Part shown: positions 9,057 to 20,330 of the stretch, in pieces
Numbering within the stretch: position 1 is the first letter of the stretch
Layout of the letters: every line of letters starts with the position of its first letter
The notes under the pieces: model-generated
What the model saw: the letters and a program-made list of their open reading frames with translations, nothing else
The model's database searches: none
What the model was told of the DNA's origin: nothing
Assembly (NCBI GenBank): GCA_041671325.1
Contig: JBAZBR010000001.1
Span: 153,771 to 217,770 of the forward strand
Length of the DNA: 64,000 nt
Reading direction: 5' to 3'
From: Patescibacteria group bacterium
GTDB lineage: Bacteria; Patescibacteriota; Patescibacteriia; PEXW01
Position numbers and translations under genes: made by a program

Positions 9057-9805
9057 TGGCATCTGAAGTTTCCTTAGCTGCAGAAAAAGTATTCCATCTT
9101 GGGCCTTTGCCCATAACCAACAGCCTTTTGGCTACTTGGGTGGTTATGGCGATTTTGGTTATTGGTGCCATTATTTTAAACCGAAAAATAAAGAAAGACC
9201 GGCCAGGTGGTTACCAAAATTTAGTGGAAATGATTTTTGAAGGCGCTTTGGGTTTGATGGACTCGGTCACACAAGATCGCAAGCAATCCATGAAATTTTT
9301 TCCTTTTGTTTTCACCTTTTTCATTTTAATAATTTGTGGCAACTGGTTTGGGCTATTGCCTGGTGTAGGAACCGTGGGCTTCCATGAAATCCATGATGGT
9401 AAGGAATTGTTCGTGCCTTTGTTAAGAGGCTCGGCCGCAGATTTGAATTTTACTTTGGCCTTAGCTGCCATTTCGGTAGTAGCTACCCAAATAATCGCTG
9501 TCGTCACTTTGGGTTTTTTCAAGCATGCAAAGAAATATATAAACTTTAAAAATCCGATTATGGGTTTTGTCGGCGCCTTAGAAGTCATTTCCGAATTCGC
9601 CAAAATCTTATCCTTTTCCTTCCGGTTATTCGGGAATATTTTTGCCGGGGAAGTCTTGTTGATTGTCATAGGATTAATAATTCCATATCTTGTACCAATC
9701 CCATTTTTATTCCTGGAATTATTTGTTGGCTTTATCCAGGCTTTTATTTTCTCGGTATTGACCTTAGTTTTCTTGAAAATTGCCACTACGGCCACCGAGC
9801 ATTAG
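9056..9805 (+). CDS. atpB: F0F1 ATP synthase subunit a
   Basis: SFSFRLFGNIFAGE, FIQAFIF. Confidence 0.97.
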   Translation: MASEVSLAAEKVFHLGPLPITNSLLATWVVMAILVIGAIILNRKIKKDRPGGYQNLVEMIFEGALGLMDSVTQDRKQSMKFFPFVFTFFILIICGNWFGLLPGVGTVGFHEIHDGKELFVPLLRGSAADLNFTLALAAISVVATQIIAVVTLGFFKHAKKYINFKNPIMGFVGALEVISEFAKILSFSFRLFGNIFAGEVLLIVIGLIIPYLVPIPFLFLELFVGFIQAFIFSVLTLVFLKIATTATEH

Positions 9806-9915
9806 TAATCAGGCCTTTGGATTTTAGTTATAAAATTCAAATGTTTCATTATTAATTAACAGCATTTTAACTTCGACTTTAAAAATCCAAAAAACAGTCG
9901 GAAGGAAAAATGTGA

Positions 9916-10155
<240 letters not shown>

Positions 10156-10218
10156 TTTTCAATTAGCCTTGTCTTGCTCCGCAACTGCGGGGCTGGACAG
10201 GCTAGTGGATAATTCTAT

Positions 10219-10322
10219 TGTCATTTCGAGCGGAGCAAAGCGAAGTCGAGAAATCTCGCCTTTACTAGACTAGATTCCTCCACTCCGTTCAGCCAAATGG
10301 CTGAACTTCGGTCGGAATGACA
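10219..10322. repeat. TGTCA..TGACA-bounded REP-like palindrome dimer
   Basis: TGTCATTTCGAGCGGAG...GAGAAATCT and AGATTCCTCC...GTCGGAATGACA in inverted orientation. Confidence 0.8.
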
Positions 10323-10354
10323 AGTTTGTAAATTAACTAATAAATTACTTAAAT

Positions 10355-10858
10355 ATGGGAGATTTAATAAAACAATTCGGCATAGAACCCAGCCTCTTGA
10401 TTGCGCAAATAATTAATTTTGGCATTGTCCTGTTTGTCTTGTGGAAGTTTGCCTATAAACCAGTCCTAAAAGTATTGCGTGAAAGGCAAGCTAAAGTCAA
10501 AAAAAGTCTGGAAGATGCCAAAGCGGTGGAAATGAAACTGCAGGAAGCGGAAAAGATGAAACAGGAAAAGATTTTGGAAGCCAGGGGTGAAGCCGAGGCA
10601 ATTTTGGAGAATGCCTCTAAAGAAAGCGAAAGATACCGCCAACAGAGATTGGCGGAAGTCCAGTCCGAAATTGACGGCATGAAAGTCCATGCTCAGGCTG
10701 AAATTGTTGCCCAAAAAGCCCAAGCTTTGAATCAAGCCAAGGCCGAGATGGTGGATTTGGTAATTAGCGCAACCGGGAAAGTCGTGGGTAAATCCGGCAT
10801 TGAAAAAGTTAATAAAGCTTTAGTGGAAGAAGCGGTGGAGGAAACCAAGAATGTCTAA
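10355..10858 (+). CDS. atpF: F0F1 ATP synthase subunit b
   Basis: IAQIINF..LWKFAYKP followed by coiled coil; operon position. Confidence 0.95.
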   Translation: MGDLIKQFGIEPSLLIAQIINFGIVLFVLWKFAYKPVLKVLRERQAKVKKSLEDAKAVEMKLQEAEKMKQEKILEARGEAEAILENASKESERYRQQRLAEVQSEIDGMKVHAQAEIVAQKAQALNQAKAEMVDLVISATGKVVGKSGIEKVNKALVEEAVEETKNV

Positions 10859-11258
10859 ATTTACAGTTAACCAATATGCGGCTGCTTATCAGGCTGCAGT
10901 CAAAGATAAAGCAGGGAAAGAGCGGGAAGTTATTGCCCATAATTTGGTAAAGACCTTGGCTTACCGCCGGCAAATAAAATTATTGCCAAGGATAATGACA
11001 GCTTTGGAAAGATTGATTGCGGAAGCTGGCGGGCCGATTGTGGTTAAAATTAAGGCCACCAGTAAACCAGATGAACAGACTTGCGGAATATTAAAACAAC
11101 AATTGGAAAAAGCCTTGGGCCGGGAAGTAAAAGTCCGCTGCCAAGTTGACCCGAAAATTTTGGCCGGCATCAAAATCCAGATAGGGGACCAATTAATCGA
11201 CAATTCCCTAGCTTCCAGGTTATTTAATTTAAAAAAACAACTTTTAACTAATTCCTAA
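10851..11258 (+). CDS. atpH: F0F1 ATP synthase subunit delta
   Basis: VDPKILAGIKIQIGDQLIDNS; operon position. Confidence 0.92.
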   Translation: MSKFTVNQYAAAYQAAVKDKAGKEREVIAHNLVKTLAYRRQIKLLPRIMTALERLIAEAGGPIVVKIKATSKPDEQTCGILKQQLEKALGREVKVRCQVDPKILAGIKIQIGDQLIDNSLASRLFNLKKQLLTNS

Positions 11259-11261
11259 ATT

Positions 11262-12764
11262 ATGCCCCACACTATCGTTGAAGTCCTTAAAACCCAACTC
11301 CAAAATTTTCAAGCCCAAGTCGCCAAAACCACAGTCGGCCATGTCATCGAAGTCGGCGATGGCATTGCCCGGGTTGAAGGCTTGTCCGATATCCGTTCAA
11401 GCGAAAAAGTAGTTTTTGCCTCTGGCGCCCAGGGCGTAGCTCAGAATTTGGAAGAAGACACGGTTGGCATCATGATCATGAAAGGTGCGGTAGAAGTTAA
11501 AGAGGGTGAAGAAGTTCGGGGTACGGGAGAAATACTGTCTGTTCCCGTGGGCCAGGAAATGGTTGGTCGGGTAGTAAACCCTTTGGGTGAAGCTATTGAT
11601 GGCAAGGGCGCTATTCAAACTAAAACGACTTATCCCGTAGAAAGGATCGCGCCCGGGGTAATTACCCGGGAATCAGTTAAACAGCCCTTACAAACCGGTA
11701 TAAAAGCTATTGATGCGCTTATCCCAATTGGCCGAGGTCAAAGAGAATTAATTATCGGTGATAGACAAACTGGCAAGACTGCGATCGTCATTGACACCAT
11801 TATCAATCAAAAAGGCACGGGTGTAACTTGCATTTATGTAGCCATTGGCCAAAAAGCCTCAAAGATCGCGCGTATTGTGGCAGAACTTGAAAAGCACGGA
11901 GCTATGGAGCACACTATCGTGGTTTTAGCCAACGCCTCAGATCCGGCAGCTTTATCTTTCCTGGCACCCTATGCTGGCTGTGCCATGGGTGAATATTTCA
12001 TGGATCAAGGCAAGGATGCTTTGGTAATTTATGATGACCTCTCCAAACACGCTTGGGCTTACCGCCAAATTTCCTTGCTTTTGCGCCGTCCCCCAGGCCG
12101 GGAAGCCTACCCAGGTGACATTTTTTACTTGCATTCCAGGTTGTTGGAACGCGCTGCGAAATTAAACAAGGATATGAAAGGCGGTAGCTTGACGGCTTTG
12201 CCGATTATTGAAACCCAAGCTGGGGATGTTTCGGCTTACATCCCGACTAACGTGATTTCCATTACTGATGGCCAAATTTATTTGGAATCAGATTTGTTTT
12301 ACCAAGGCCAAAGGCCGGCTTTGAACATCGGCTTGTCAGTATCCCGCGTAGGTTCAGCCGCGCAAAATAAAGCCATGAAAAAAGTAGCAGGCAAATTAAG
12401 GTTAGACATGGCCCAATACCGGGAATTAGCGGCTTTTGCCCAATTCGGTTCAGATTTAGACGCAGCCACTAAAGCGCAGTTGGAAAGAGGCAAGCGGACA
12501 GCAGAATTATTGAAGCAGGGCTTACTTAAGCCAATACCCGTTACCCAACAAATTTCAGTTTTGTATGCAGTCACCCAAGGTTTGCTAGATGAAGTTGCCG
12601 TTGAAGATATCCAGGCCTGGGAAAAAGCTTTTTTACACGCGCTTTCAACCCAGCAAAACAAGTTTTTGGAAAAATTGGCCAAATCGGCCGAGTTGACTCC
12701 GGAAATCGAGAAAGAACTCAAGGAGATAATCGTGAATTTTAACGCTTTAAGGAAAAATAAATAA
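11262..12764 (+). CDS. atpA: F0F1 ATP synthase subunit alpha
   Basis: [20 protein letters not shown]. Confidence 0.99.
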   Translation: MPHTIVEVLKTQLQNFQAQVAKTTVGHVIEVGDGIARVEGLSDIRSSEKVVFASGAQGVAQNLEEDTVGIMIMKGAVEVKEGEEVRGTGEILSVPVGQEMVGRVVNPLGEAIDGKGAIQTKTTYPVERIAPGVITRESVKQPLQTGIKAIDALIPIGRGQRELIIGDRQTGKTAIVIDTIINQKGTGVTCIYVAIGQKASKIARIVAELEKHGAMEHTIVVLANASDPAALSFLAPYAGCAMGEYFMDQGKDALVIYDDLSKHAWAYRQISLLLRRPPGREAYPGDIFYLHSRLLERAAKLNKDMKGGSLTALPIIETQAGDVSAYIPTNVISITDGQIYLESDLFYQGQRPALNIGLSVSRVGSAAQNKAMKKVAGKLRLDMAQYRELAAFAQFGSDLDAATKAQLERGKRTAELLKQGLLKPIPVTQQISVLYAVTQGLLDEVAVEDIQAWEKAFLHALSTQQNKFLEKLAKSAELTPEIEKELKEIIVNFNALRKNK

Positions 12765-13660
12765 TGCCCAGCACCCGCGACATCAAACGTCGGATCAAAT
12801 CCATTGGTAATACCCGCAAGATTACCAAAGCCATGGAATTGGTTTCGGCCGCGAAAATGCGCAAAGCCGTGAGTCAAGCTTTAGCTACCCGGGCGTATGC
12901 GCATGCGGCCTGGGAGGTTTTAACCAATGTTTCCGAAGTCACTAATCGGGAAAGCCATCCTTTGTTAATTCAGAGGACTGTAAAAAAAGTTGCCGTGATT
13001 GTCATCAGCTCTGACCGCGGTTTGGCCGGAGGCTTTAATGCCAACGTGGTTAGGCAGGCTTTGGAAGTAATCGCCCTGGAAAACCAAGTACCGGTGGATA
13101 TCATTGCTTTGGGAAATAAAGGTGCGGATGGTTTGCGCCGGGCAGGTACGAATTTAGTTGCAGCTTTTTCCAATCCCCACACCAAACCCACTATTGAAGA
13201 TTTGACGCCAATTACCAAGATTGCCATTGATGATTTTGTATCAGGGGTTTATGACAAGATTTATACGGTGTACACGGATTTTGTTTCTACCTTAACTCAA
13301 AAAGCCAGGTCAAGAATAATTTTGCCAATCCAAAAAGAAACCCTCCGCCAAGTCTTGGATGATGTAGCGCCGGAAATTGAAACAATGAAAGTTGATGCCA
13401 ATAATCCCTACCTGTTTGAGCCAAACCCGGATGAAGTTTTGGAAAAAATGTTGCGGGCTTTGGTCCAGTCCCAAGTTTACCAGGTGGTTTTGGAATCTTT
13501 AGCTTCAGAACACGCCGCCCGCATGGTCGCCATGCGCAATGCCAATGATGCGGCTGAAGAATTGACTGATGATTTGACTTTAACTTACAACCAAGCTCGC
13601 CAGGCTGGCATTACCCGGGAGATCGCGGAAATATCCGCTGGCCGTGCGGCGTTGGAGTGA
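12764..13660 (+). CDS. atpG: F0F1 ATP synthase subunit gamma
   Basis: ITKAMELVSAAK, SEHAARMVAM, RQAGITREI. Confidence 0.98.
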   Translation: MPSTRDIKRRIKSIGNTRKITKAMELVSAAKMRKAVSQALATRAYAHAAWEVLTNVSEVTNRESHPLLIQRTVKKVAVIVISSDRGLAGGFNANVVRQALEVIALENQVPVDIIALGNKGADGLRRAGTNLVAAFSNPHTKPTIEDLTPITKIAIDDFVSGVYDKIYTVYTDFVSTLTQKARSRIILPIQKETLRQVLDDVAPEIETMKVDANNPYLFEPNPDEVLEKMLRALVQSQVYQVVLESLASEHAARMVAMRNANDAAEELTDDLTLTYNQARQAGITREIAEISAGRAALE

Positions 13661-13835
13661 TGTCATCCCGAGCGAAGTCGAGGGATCTCGTTAACCTAAA
13701 TATTTAAGAAATCGAGATTCCTCCGCTTCACCCCGCAATGCGGGGTTACGGTCGGAATGACAAATAAAAAACGTACATTACAAAATCTGATTACCCTCAT
13801 CCGGCCCCGCGGCCGCGGGGTCGCTCGCAATGACA
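13661..13835. repeat. REP-like palindrome dimer plus extra half-unit
   Basis: TGTCATCCCGAGCGAAGTCGAGGGATCT...AGATTCCTCC..GTCGGAATGACA (13661-13762), then a second unit ending GCTCGCAATGACA (13835). Confidence 0.8.
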
Positions 13836-13907
13836 GATAAAAAGTGTTCCTTACAAAACGAAAAAGCGCCTTGAAGTTATCGCAGCGCTTTAGTAAAGAT
13901 AATTCAA

Positions 13908-14057
13908 TTACAGAGGTTTTCTGGACACTACGGTAAAAAATCCGTCAATGTAAAGAATCTGGAAGAGTTCAAATTTTTTAATACACAGGCCATTAAGGTA
14001 ACCCTTAAGTTCTGTGGGTGTAACCACTTCAACATGGTAATCATAAGCAATAACCAC
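13908..14057 (-). CDS. small hypothetical protein (49 aa), antisense between atpG and atpD
   Basis: GTG start with GGAAAGGGG RBS; upstream TTGACA-17-TAACAT promoter (14134-14106); translation MVIAYDYHVEVVTPTELKGYLNGLCIKKFELFQILYIDGFFTVVSRKPL. Confidence 0.55.
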   Translation of the reverse strand: MVIAYDYHVEVVTPTELKGYLNGLCIKKFELFQILYIDGFFTVVSRKPL

Positions 14058-14199
14058 TTTTTTACCCCTTTCCTTTTGTGTTTATACAGGCTAATTTAAT
14101 TAGATATGTTAACAAAAGTATGAATATTTGTCAAGCCATTTATGAAATGAAAGTTTTAATTTCTAAATAACATTAGGAATTAAAATTTCTAGTTCATAA

Positions 14200-15600
<1,401 letters not shown>

Positions 15601-15606
15601 ATTACT

Positions 15607-15742
15607 TGTCACCCTGAGCCTGAGTATTATGAAGGCGAAGGGTCTCCACAAGTGTAAATAATATTTATAAAGATTCTCCCGCCTGCCTCGCCAGTGCGAG
15701 TACGGTGGGCAGGTCCCCCGCAGTCGCGGGGTCAGAATGACA
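15607..15742. repeat. REP-like palindrome dimer with nested hairpins
   Basis: TGTCACCCTGAG...GAAGGGTCT and AGATTCT...TCAGAATGACA; nested CCCGCCTGCC..GGTGGGCAGG unit. Confidence 0.75.
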
Positions 15743-15750
15743 AAAACCTT

Positions 15751-16170
15751 ATGCTAAAAGTTTTAAACCTCACTATTACCACGCCTGAAAAAATCGTTTA
15801 CCAAGACACGGTTGATGAGATTGTTTTACCAACCTTGCAAGGCGAGATTGGCATACTGCCGAATCATATCCCTTTAGTTTCAATTTTAGCTGCTGGTGAA
15901 ATCAGGATAAAAAAACAAGGTGAAATAACCCTCATGGCAGTCTCCGCCGGCTTTATTGAGGTGAAAAATAATAATATAACGATTTTGGCTGACACTGCGG
16001 AAAAGGCCGAAGAGATTGACGAGCAAAGGGCGCAAGCGGGCAGGGAACGGGCTTTGAAATTAATGCAGGAAAGGGCGACTGATGATGTTGGTCTGGCTAG
16101 CGCCCAAGCGGCCTTGGCCAAAGAACTAGCCAGGTTAAAAGTCGCCAGGAAACACCGGAAACGAGTTTAA
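15751..16170 (+). CDS. atpC: F0F1 ATP synthase subunit epsilon
   Basis: ITTPEK, GEIGILPNHIPL, ILADTAE; ATG at 15751. Confidence 0.96.
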   Translation: MLKVLNLTITTPEKIVYQDTVDEIVLPTLQGEIGILPNHIPLVSILAAGEIRIKKQGEITLMAVSAGFIEVKNNNITILADTAEKAEEIDEQRAQAGRERALKLMQERATDDVGLASAQAALAKELARLKVARKHRKRV

Positions 16171-16243
16171 TATTAATAAGTGAAATATTGACAATCCACC
16201 CTTAAAGATGGATAGTTTTAGCGTAGAATTATTGAAAAAGCCT

Positions 16244-16732
16244 ATGACTCGAATTACCACGATATTAGGCGATATTACTCAACAGAAAGTTGACGCTATT
16301 GTTAATGCTGCCAACCCGCGTTTATCCGGAGGCGGGGGAGTTGATGGGGCGATCCATAAAGCCGCCGGCCCAGGTTTGTTAAAGGAATGTCAAACTTTAG
16401 GTGGTTGTAAAGTGGGGGAAGCGAAAATTACCAAAGGCTATAATTTGCCAGTGAAATTTGTCATTCATACTGTGGGTCCGGTATACAGGGGTTTGGCCCA
16501 AGACGCTGAATTGTTAGCTTTATGCTATCGGAATTCATTAGATTTGGCGTTAAAAAATAAAGTTCGCACTATTGCTTTTCCGGCAATATCCACAGGCGCC
16601 TATGGCTACCCTAAAGAAGAAGCGGAAAAAATTGCTTTGCATACAGTTAAAGAATGGGTTCTAGCCCACCCTGAGACTTTAGATGAAGTTAGGCTTGTCT
16701 TATTTGCTACGCGGGATATAGGCGGTGTTTAA
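16244..16732 (+). CDS. macrodomain protein (O-acetyl-ADP-ribose deacetylase-like)
   Basis: [33 protein letters not shown]. Confidence 0.95.
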   Translation: MTRITTILGDITQQKVDAIVNAANPRLSGGGGVDGAIHKAAGPGLLKECQTLGGCKVGEAKITKGYNLPVKFVIHTVGPVYRGLAQDAELLALCYRNSLDLALKNKVRTIAFPAISTGAYGYPKEEAEKIALHTVKEWVLAHPETLDEVRLVLFATRDIGGV

Positions 16733-16836
16733 GTCAAATTTAATTATTAAAATGAGGTTTTTCTAATCACCTTGATTTTTAGGAAGGTTTTGGATTATCA
16801 TTTAAATAGTACACTCAAAGCCGAAAGGAGGCCGGT

Positions 16837-17028
16837 ATGGCCAAATTGCCCAAAGGTGGAATGATTGACCTATCAACCAGAAAATCAGGCGCCGTAGTTC
16901 CTTCTACCGGTACCCCGTCAATTGGAACACCAAGGCCGCAAGATCATGCATGGATGTCAACATCTGACATTGATCATTGCAATCCACCATTTCCAAAAGG
17001 GAAGCCAAGAAACAATCGCAAGGAGTAA
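16837..17028 (+). CDS. small hypothetical protein
   Basis: Strong RBS AAAGGAGG; downstream terminator-like hairpin AAAGAGAGG/CCTCTCTTT. Confidence 0.45.
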   Translation: MAKLPKGGMIDLSTRKSGAVVPSTGTPSIGTPRPQDHAWMSTSDIDHCNPPFPKGKPRNNRKE

Positions 17029-17117
17029 CACTACTTTTCATGCGATTCCAGATCCTTAAAAGAGAGGCATTAACCTCTCTTTTTTAAATTAATAATGGGT
17101 ATATACTAAACTCTAGT

Positions 17118-17297
17118 ATGGGTTCAAAAATTTTAATTTATATGGGCTTGTTTATCGGTTCAACGGTTGGAAGTTTAGTCCCTTCGCTTTGGCACCAAAG
17201 CGTTTTTTCAGGTCAGTCCTGGCTTGGCAGTTTAATTGGCGGAATTGTAGGAATTTGGGCGGGTTTTAAAATTAACCAGAAAATTACTGGAGGTTAA
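17118..17297 (+). CDS. small Gly-rich membrane protein (59 aa)
   Basis: Manual translation MGSKILIYMGLFIGSTVGSLVPSLW...GGIVGIWAGFKINQKITGG; two hydrophobic segments. Confidence 0.6.
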   Translation: MGSKILIYMGLFIGSTVGSLVPSLWHQSVFSGQSWLGSLIGGIVGIWAGFKINQKITGG

Positions 17298-17301
17298 AAC
17301 T

Positions 17302-17592
17302 ATGTTTCATATCACCCCGCCAAAACCTACAAAAGCTAAGCATATTATTTATTTGATCAGTACTACGATTTTGGGCATTCTCTTGAGTTTGTTAGCTCAC
17401 GTGGGTTTGGAGTCATGGTATTTACATTGGGCTCAAGACAATAATCATTTAGTGGTTTGGTATGGCGGCTGTGCCTTGCCCTGGGAAGTCCAAGTAGCGC
17501 TACCAATTTTAGGAGCTTTGTTTGGTTTTTGGCTGGGCAGGATTTGGTGGCGAATTGTTTATGTTGAACAAAAGTGGCTGAAGAAAAAGTAA
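17302..17592 (+). CDS. small membrane protein
   Basis: 2 TM segments; GGAGG RBS; followed by a bidirectional terminator. Confidence 0.65.
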   Translation: MFHITPPKPTKAKHIIYLISTTILGILLSLLAHVGLESWYLHWAQDNNHLVVWYGGCALPWEVQVALPILGALFGFWLGRIWWRIVYVEQKWLKKK

Positions 17593-17632
17593 TAAAAAAA
17601 CGCCCGGTAAGCCAGGCGTTTTTAATGTTCAG

Positions 17633-18022
17633 CTATTCATAGACGATGTTGTAGTCAGGGTCTGATAAGCGTTTCAAAACCAAGAAGGTATTAAGCGTCT
17701 CGCCGTTGGAACAGGGGACAAACCCGCCCTCACCTTTAGGGCAAAGTGCCCTGAGTATTGGTATAAAAACAGGAAGATGACTTGGGGTAGTTCCCAACCA
17801 GACTTCACCACCGTGGGTGATTATAACCATGATACCATTATTGGTCGACCATTTACCCATTTTGGCGTCCGTGAGTCTTTCACCAATGTATTCGCCTGCG
17901 TGGTTACCATAAGCTTCGAGACCAGTCACGTGGACGAATCCAAATCGCCTTAATGCGTCTCTCTCCTGTTGATTTGTTTTCGCTCCTTGTAAATGAACTA
18001 CACGATCGACAGAGATTTTCAT
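17633..18022 (-). CDS. hypothetical protein
   Basis: AGGAGG RBS; TTGACA-17-TATACT promoter at 18120-18092. Confidence 0.65.
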   Translation of the reverse strand: MKISVDRVVHLQGAKTNQQERDALRRFGFVHVTGLEAYGNHAGEYIGERLTDAKMGKWSTNNGIMVIITHGGEVWLGTTPSHLPVFIPILRALCPKGEGGFVPCSNGETLNTFLVLKRLSDPDYNIVYE

Positions 18023-18137
18023 ACTTTTCCTCCTTTCTCTGTCTTTTTACATACATACCATACAGCGTGATTGCTGTATTTTTAACCTAAGAGTATAGGG
18101 TATTTTTGGTTTATTGTCAAGGCTAATTTTTGGAATT

Positions 18138-18268
18138 AAAAAATAGGCTGGAGTCTTACCCAAGACTCCAGCCCCTTAACGATCCCTCAAGGAGGCCTTA
18201 GAAAAGGCCGTTACTAGCCCTGCTACCAAGAGCTCTTGTCTTGCCGCCGCTCAAGAGCGCCTAGCAGC
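18138..18268 (-). ncRNA. candidate small RNA
   Basis: TTGACA-16-TATACT promoter (18302-18275), internal hairpins, 12-bp terminator stem (18146-18173) plus U-tract; no ORF. Confidence 0.5.
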
Positions 18269-18404
18269 AAAACCAGTATAAAATAAAAAACGCAGTTGTC
18301 AAATATGATTATAGTAAAAGCTTTAATTTTAAAGGAGGTTTTAAATTTGCTTTTTAACGCATTTTAAGTAAAAATTAAGTTATCTACTATTAATCATCAA
18401 GAAT

Positions 18405-18965
18405 ATGACCAGAAAAACATATTACTTATTAATGCCAGCACTTTTATTGGCTATGGTTTTTGGGCTTTCAGCCTGTAAAAGCACCAGCCAAAAAGCTGCC
18501 GAATCAATTATTGAAAAATCCACCAATGGCCAAGCTGACGTGGATTTAACCAATAATAGCATCAAGGTAAATACAAACGGGTCTTCTTGGGAAACTGGCG
18601 ATAAAGTCAGCTTGCCAACGGATTTCCCATCAGATATTTATGTGCCAGAAGGAACCATTAAGACAGCGCTCAAGACTGATGCAAACAGCAGCTTTACGGT
18701 TAGTTTGGAATCCACAACTTCCATGGCAGACATCAAATCCGCTTATGAAAGCCATTTTCAATCCCAAAGCTGGACTATTACTTCTTCAGGCGCAATCCAA
18801 AATTCTTTTTCTTACCTGGCCCAAAAGGGCAATCGGGATTTGACCGTGGGCATTTCAGATTCTGACGGCAAGAGAATCGTTTCGATTACTACTTATACCA
18901 ATTCAACGACAACACAGGTTCCTGATAATAATACCAATTCAGACGAAGCCGCAACCAATAATTAG
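18405..18965 (+). CDS. putative lipoprotein
   Basis: Signal peptide with lipobox LSAC; 'LPTDFPSDIYV' motif. Confidence 0.75.
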   Translation: MTRKTYYLLMPALLLAMVFGLSACKSTSQKAAESIIEKSTNGQADVDLTNNSIKVNTNGSSWETGDKVSLPTDFPSDIYVPEGTIKTALKTDANSSFTVSLESTTSMADIKSAYESHFQSQSWTITSSGAIQNSFSYLAQKGNRDLTVGISDSDGKRIVSITTYTNSTTTQVPDNNTNSDEAATNN

Positions 18966-18992
18966 ATAGTTTTTCATTAAAAATAAACAAAT

Positions 18993-19781
18993 ATGGGAAA
19001 ATTTATTATTCTACCGACTGAGCAAAAGTTTATAAAAATCAGGAATTTCAATGTTGTAATGGGTTTCTTACATTTGATCCAGGCCATTGCCATGCTTTTT
19101 ATTAGTTCGGATTTTAGCTTGCCAGTAAATTCCTCTTTTGTTCAATTCAATGTGGCCAGCGGGAAATTAGAACCGGTATTGAATACGCTTTTTAGCTTGC
19201 GCATTGGGCCTTTGGTTGCCGGGTTCTTATTCCTTTCTGCTTTAGCGCATTTCGCCATTTCTTCCGGCCGGATTTACGAATGGTATATCAAGAATTTGAA
19301 AAAAGGCCTAAACCTTGCACGCTGGATTGAATATGCCCTAAGTTCATCTTTAATGATCGTGATAATTGCCATGCTGGTTGGCATGTATGATGGGGTCAGC
19401 CTGATGTTGATGTTCTTCTTAAACATGATGATGATTTTCTTTGGTTGGCTTATGGAACTGCATAACCAATCAATTTCAAAAACTAACTGGACATCCTACG
19501 TTTTTGGTTGTATTGCCGGCGCCATTCCTTGGTTAGCCGTGGCGTTTTATCTTTTTGGTTCGGGCGGTCCAACCGGCCATGCGCCGACCTTTGTCTACTG
19601 GATTTTCTTTTCAATTTTCATTTTCTTCGATATTTTTGCGGTCAATATGATTTTGCAATACAAGAAAGTCGGCAAGTGGAAAGATTACTTATATGGCGAA
19701 AGGGCGTATATAATCTTGAGTTTGGTAGCTAAGTCACTTTTAGCTTGGCAAGTCTTTTTCGGGACTTTAAGGCCGGTTTAA
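18993..19781 (+). CDS. heR: heliorhodopsin
   Basis: 7 TM; LHLIQA, RWIEYALSSSLM, GERAYIILSLVAKSLLAWQ (retinal-binding Lys in SxxxK). Confidence 0.93.
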   Translation: MGKFIILPTEQKFIKIRNFNVVMGFLHLIQAIAMLFISSDFSLPVNSSFVQFNVASGKLEPVLNTLFSLRIGPLVAGFLFLSALAHFAISSGRIYEWYIKNLKKGLNLARWIEYALSSSLMIVIIAMLVGMYDGVSLMLMFFLNMMMIFFGWLMELHNQSISKTNWTSYVFGCIAGAIPWLAVAFYLFGSGGPTGHAPTFVYWIFFSIFIFFDIFAVNMILQYKKVGKWKDYLYGERAYIILSLVAKSLLAWQVFFGTLRPV

Positions 19782-19822
19782 TCTAGTTTGACAAAAATAT
19801 TTATAATTTCTATTATTAAGTT

Positions 19823-19925
19823 GCCTGCGGTTGCTTTATCCTTGCCTAAGCAGCCCGCAGCATTTGTAGAGTGCCCCTTTTGAAAGCCATCTCTCTGCCC
19901 CCCGCAGGAGATGGCTATTTTTTTA
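19823..19925 (+). ncRNA. candidate small RNA or terminated leader
   Basis: TTGACA-17-TATTAT (19788-19816), 5' hairpin CTGCGG..CCGCAG, terminator AGCCATCTC/GAGATGGCT plus T-run. Confidence 0.4.
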
Positions 19926-19961
19926 AATGACTAGAGCCTAAACCAAAAATATTTTATCTAT

Positions 19962-20330
19962 ATGAAAAAGATTTTAATGATTGAGGATAATCAGGCTTTG
20001 CTGGAATTAATGAAATCAAAATATCAAGCTCTGGATTTGGAATTTCTAAGTTTAACTTACCCGCCAAAAAATTTAATTGAAGTCATTACGAATTTTCTAC
20101 CAGACATTATTTCTATGGACGTAACTATGCCGAATATGGATGGTTTTACCGCAACAAAAATTATAAAAACTAACTCAGAAACCAAAAACATCCCCATATT
20201 CTTTTATACGAACATGGGCAGAAAGCAAGACGTGGCCTTAGGCAGAGCATTAGGCGCAATCGGATACTTTATCAAGACTGAAAACTCTCCCGATGAAGTT
20301 GTTAATTGGGTAAAAAGCTTTTTGGGTTAA
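19962..20330 (+). CDS. single-domain response regulator (receiver)
   Basis: ILMIEDN, DIISMDVTMPNMDGF, IPIFFYTN, YFIK. Confidence 0.9.
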   Translation: MKKILMIEDNQALLELMKSKYQALDLEFLSLTYPPKNLIEVITNFLPDIISMDVTMPNMDGFTATKIIKTNSETKNIPIFFYTNMGRKQDVALGRALGAIGYFIKTENSPDEVVNWVKSFLG

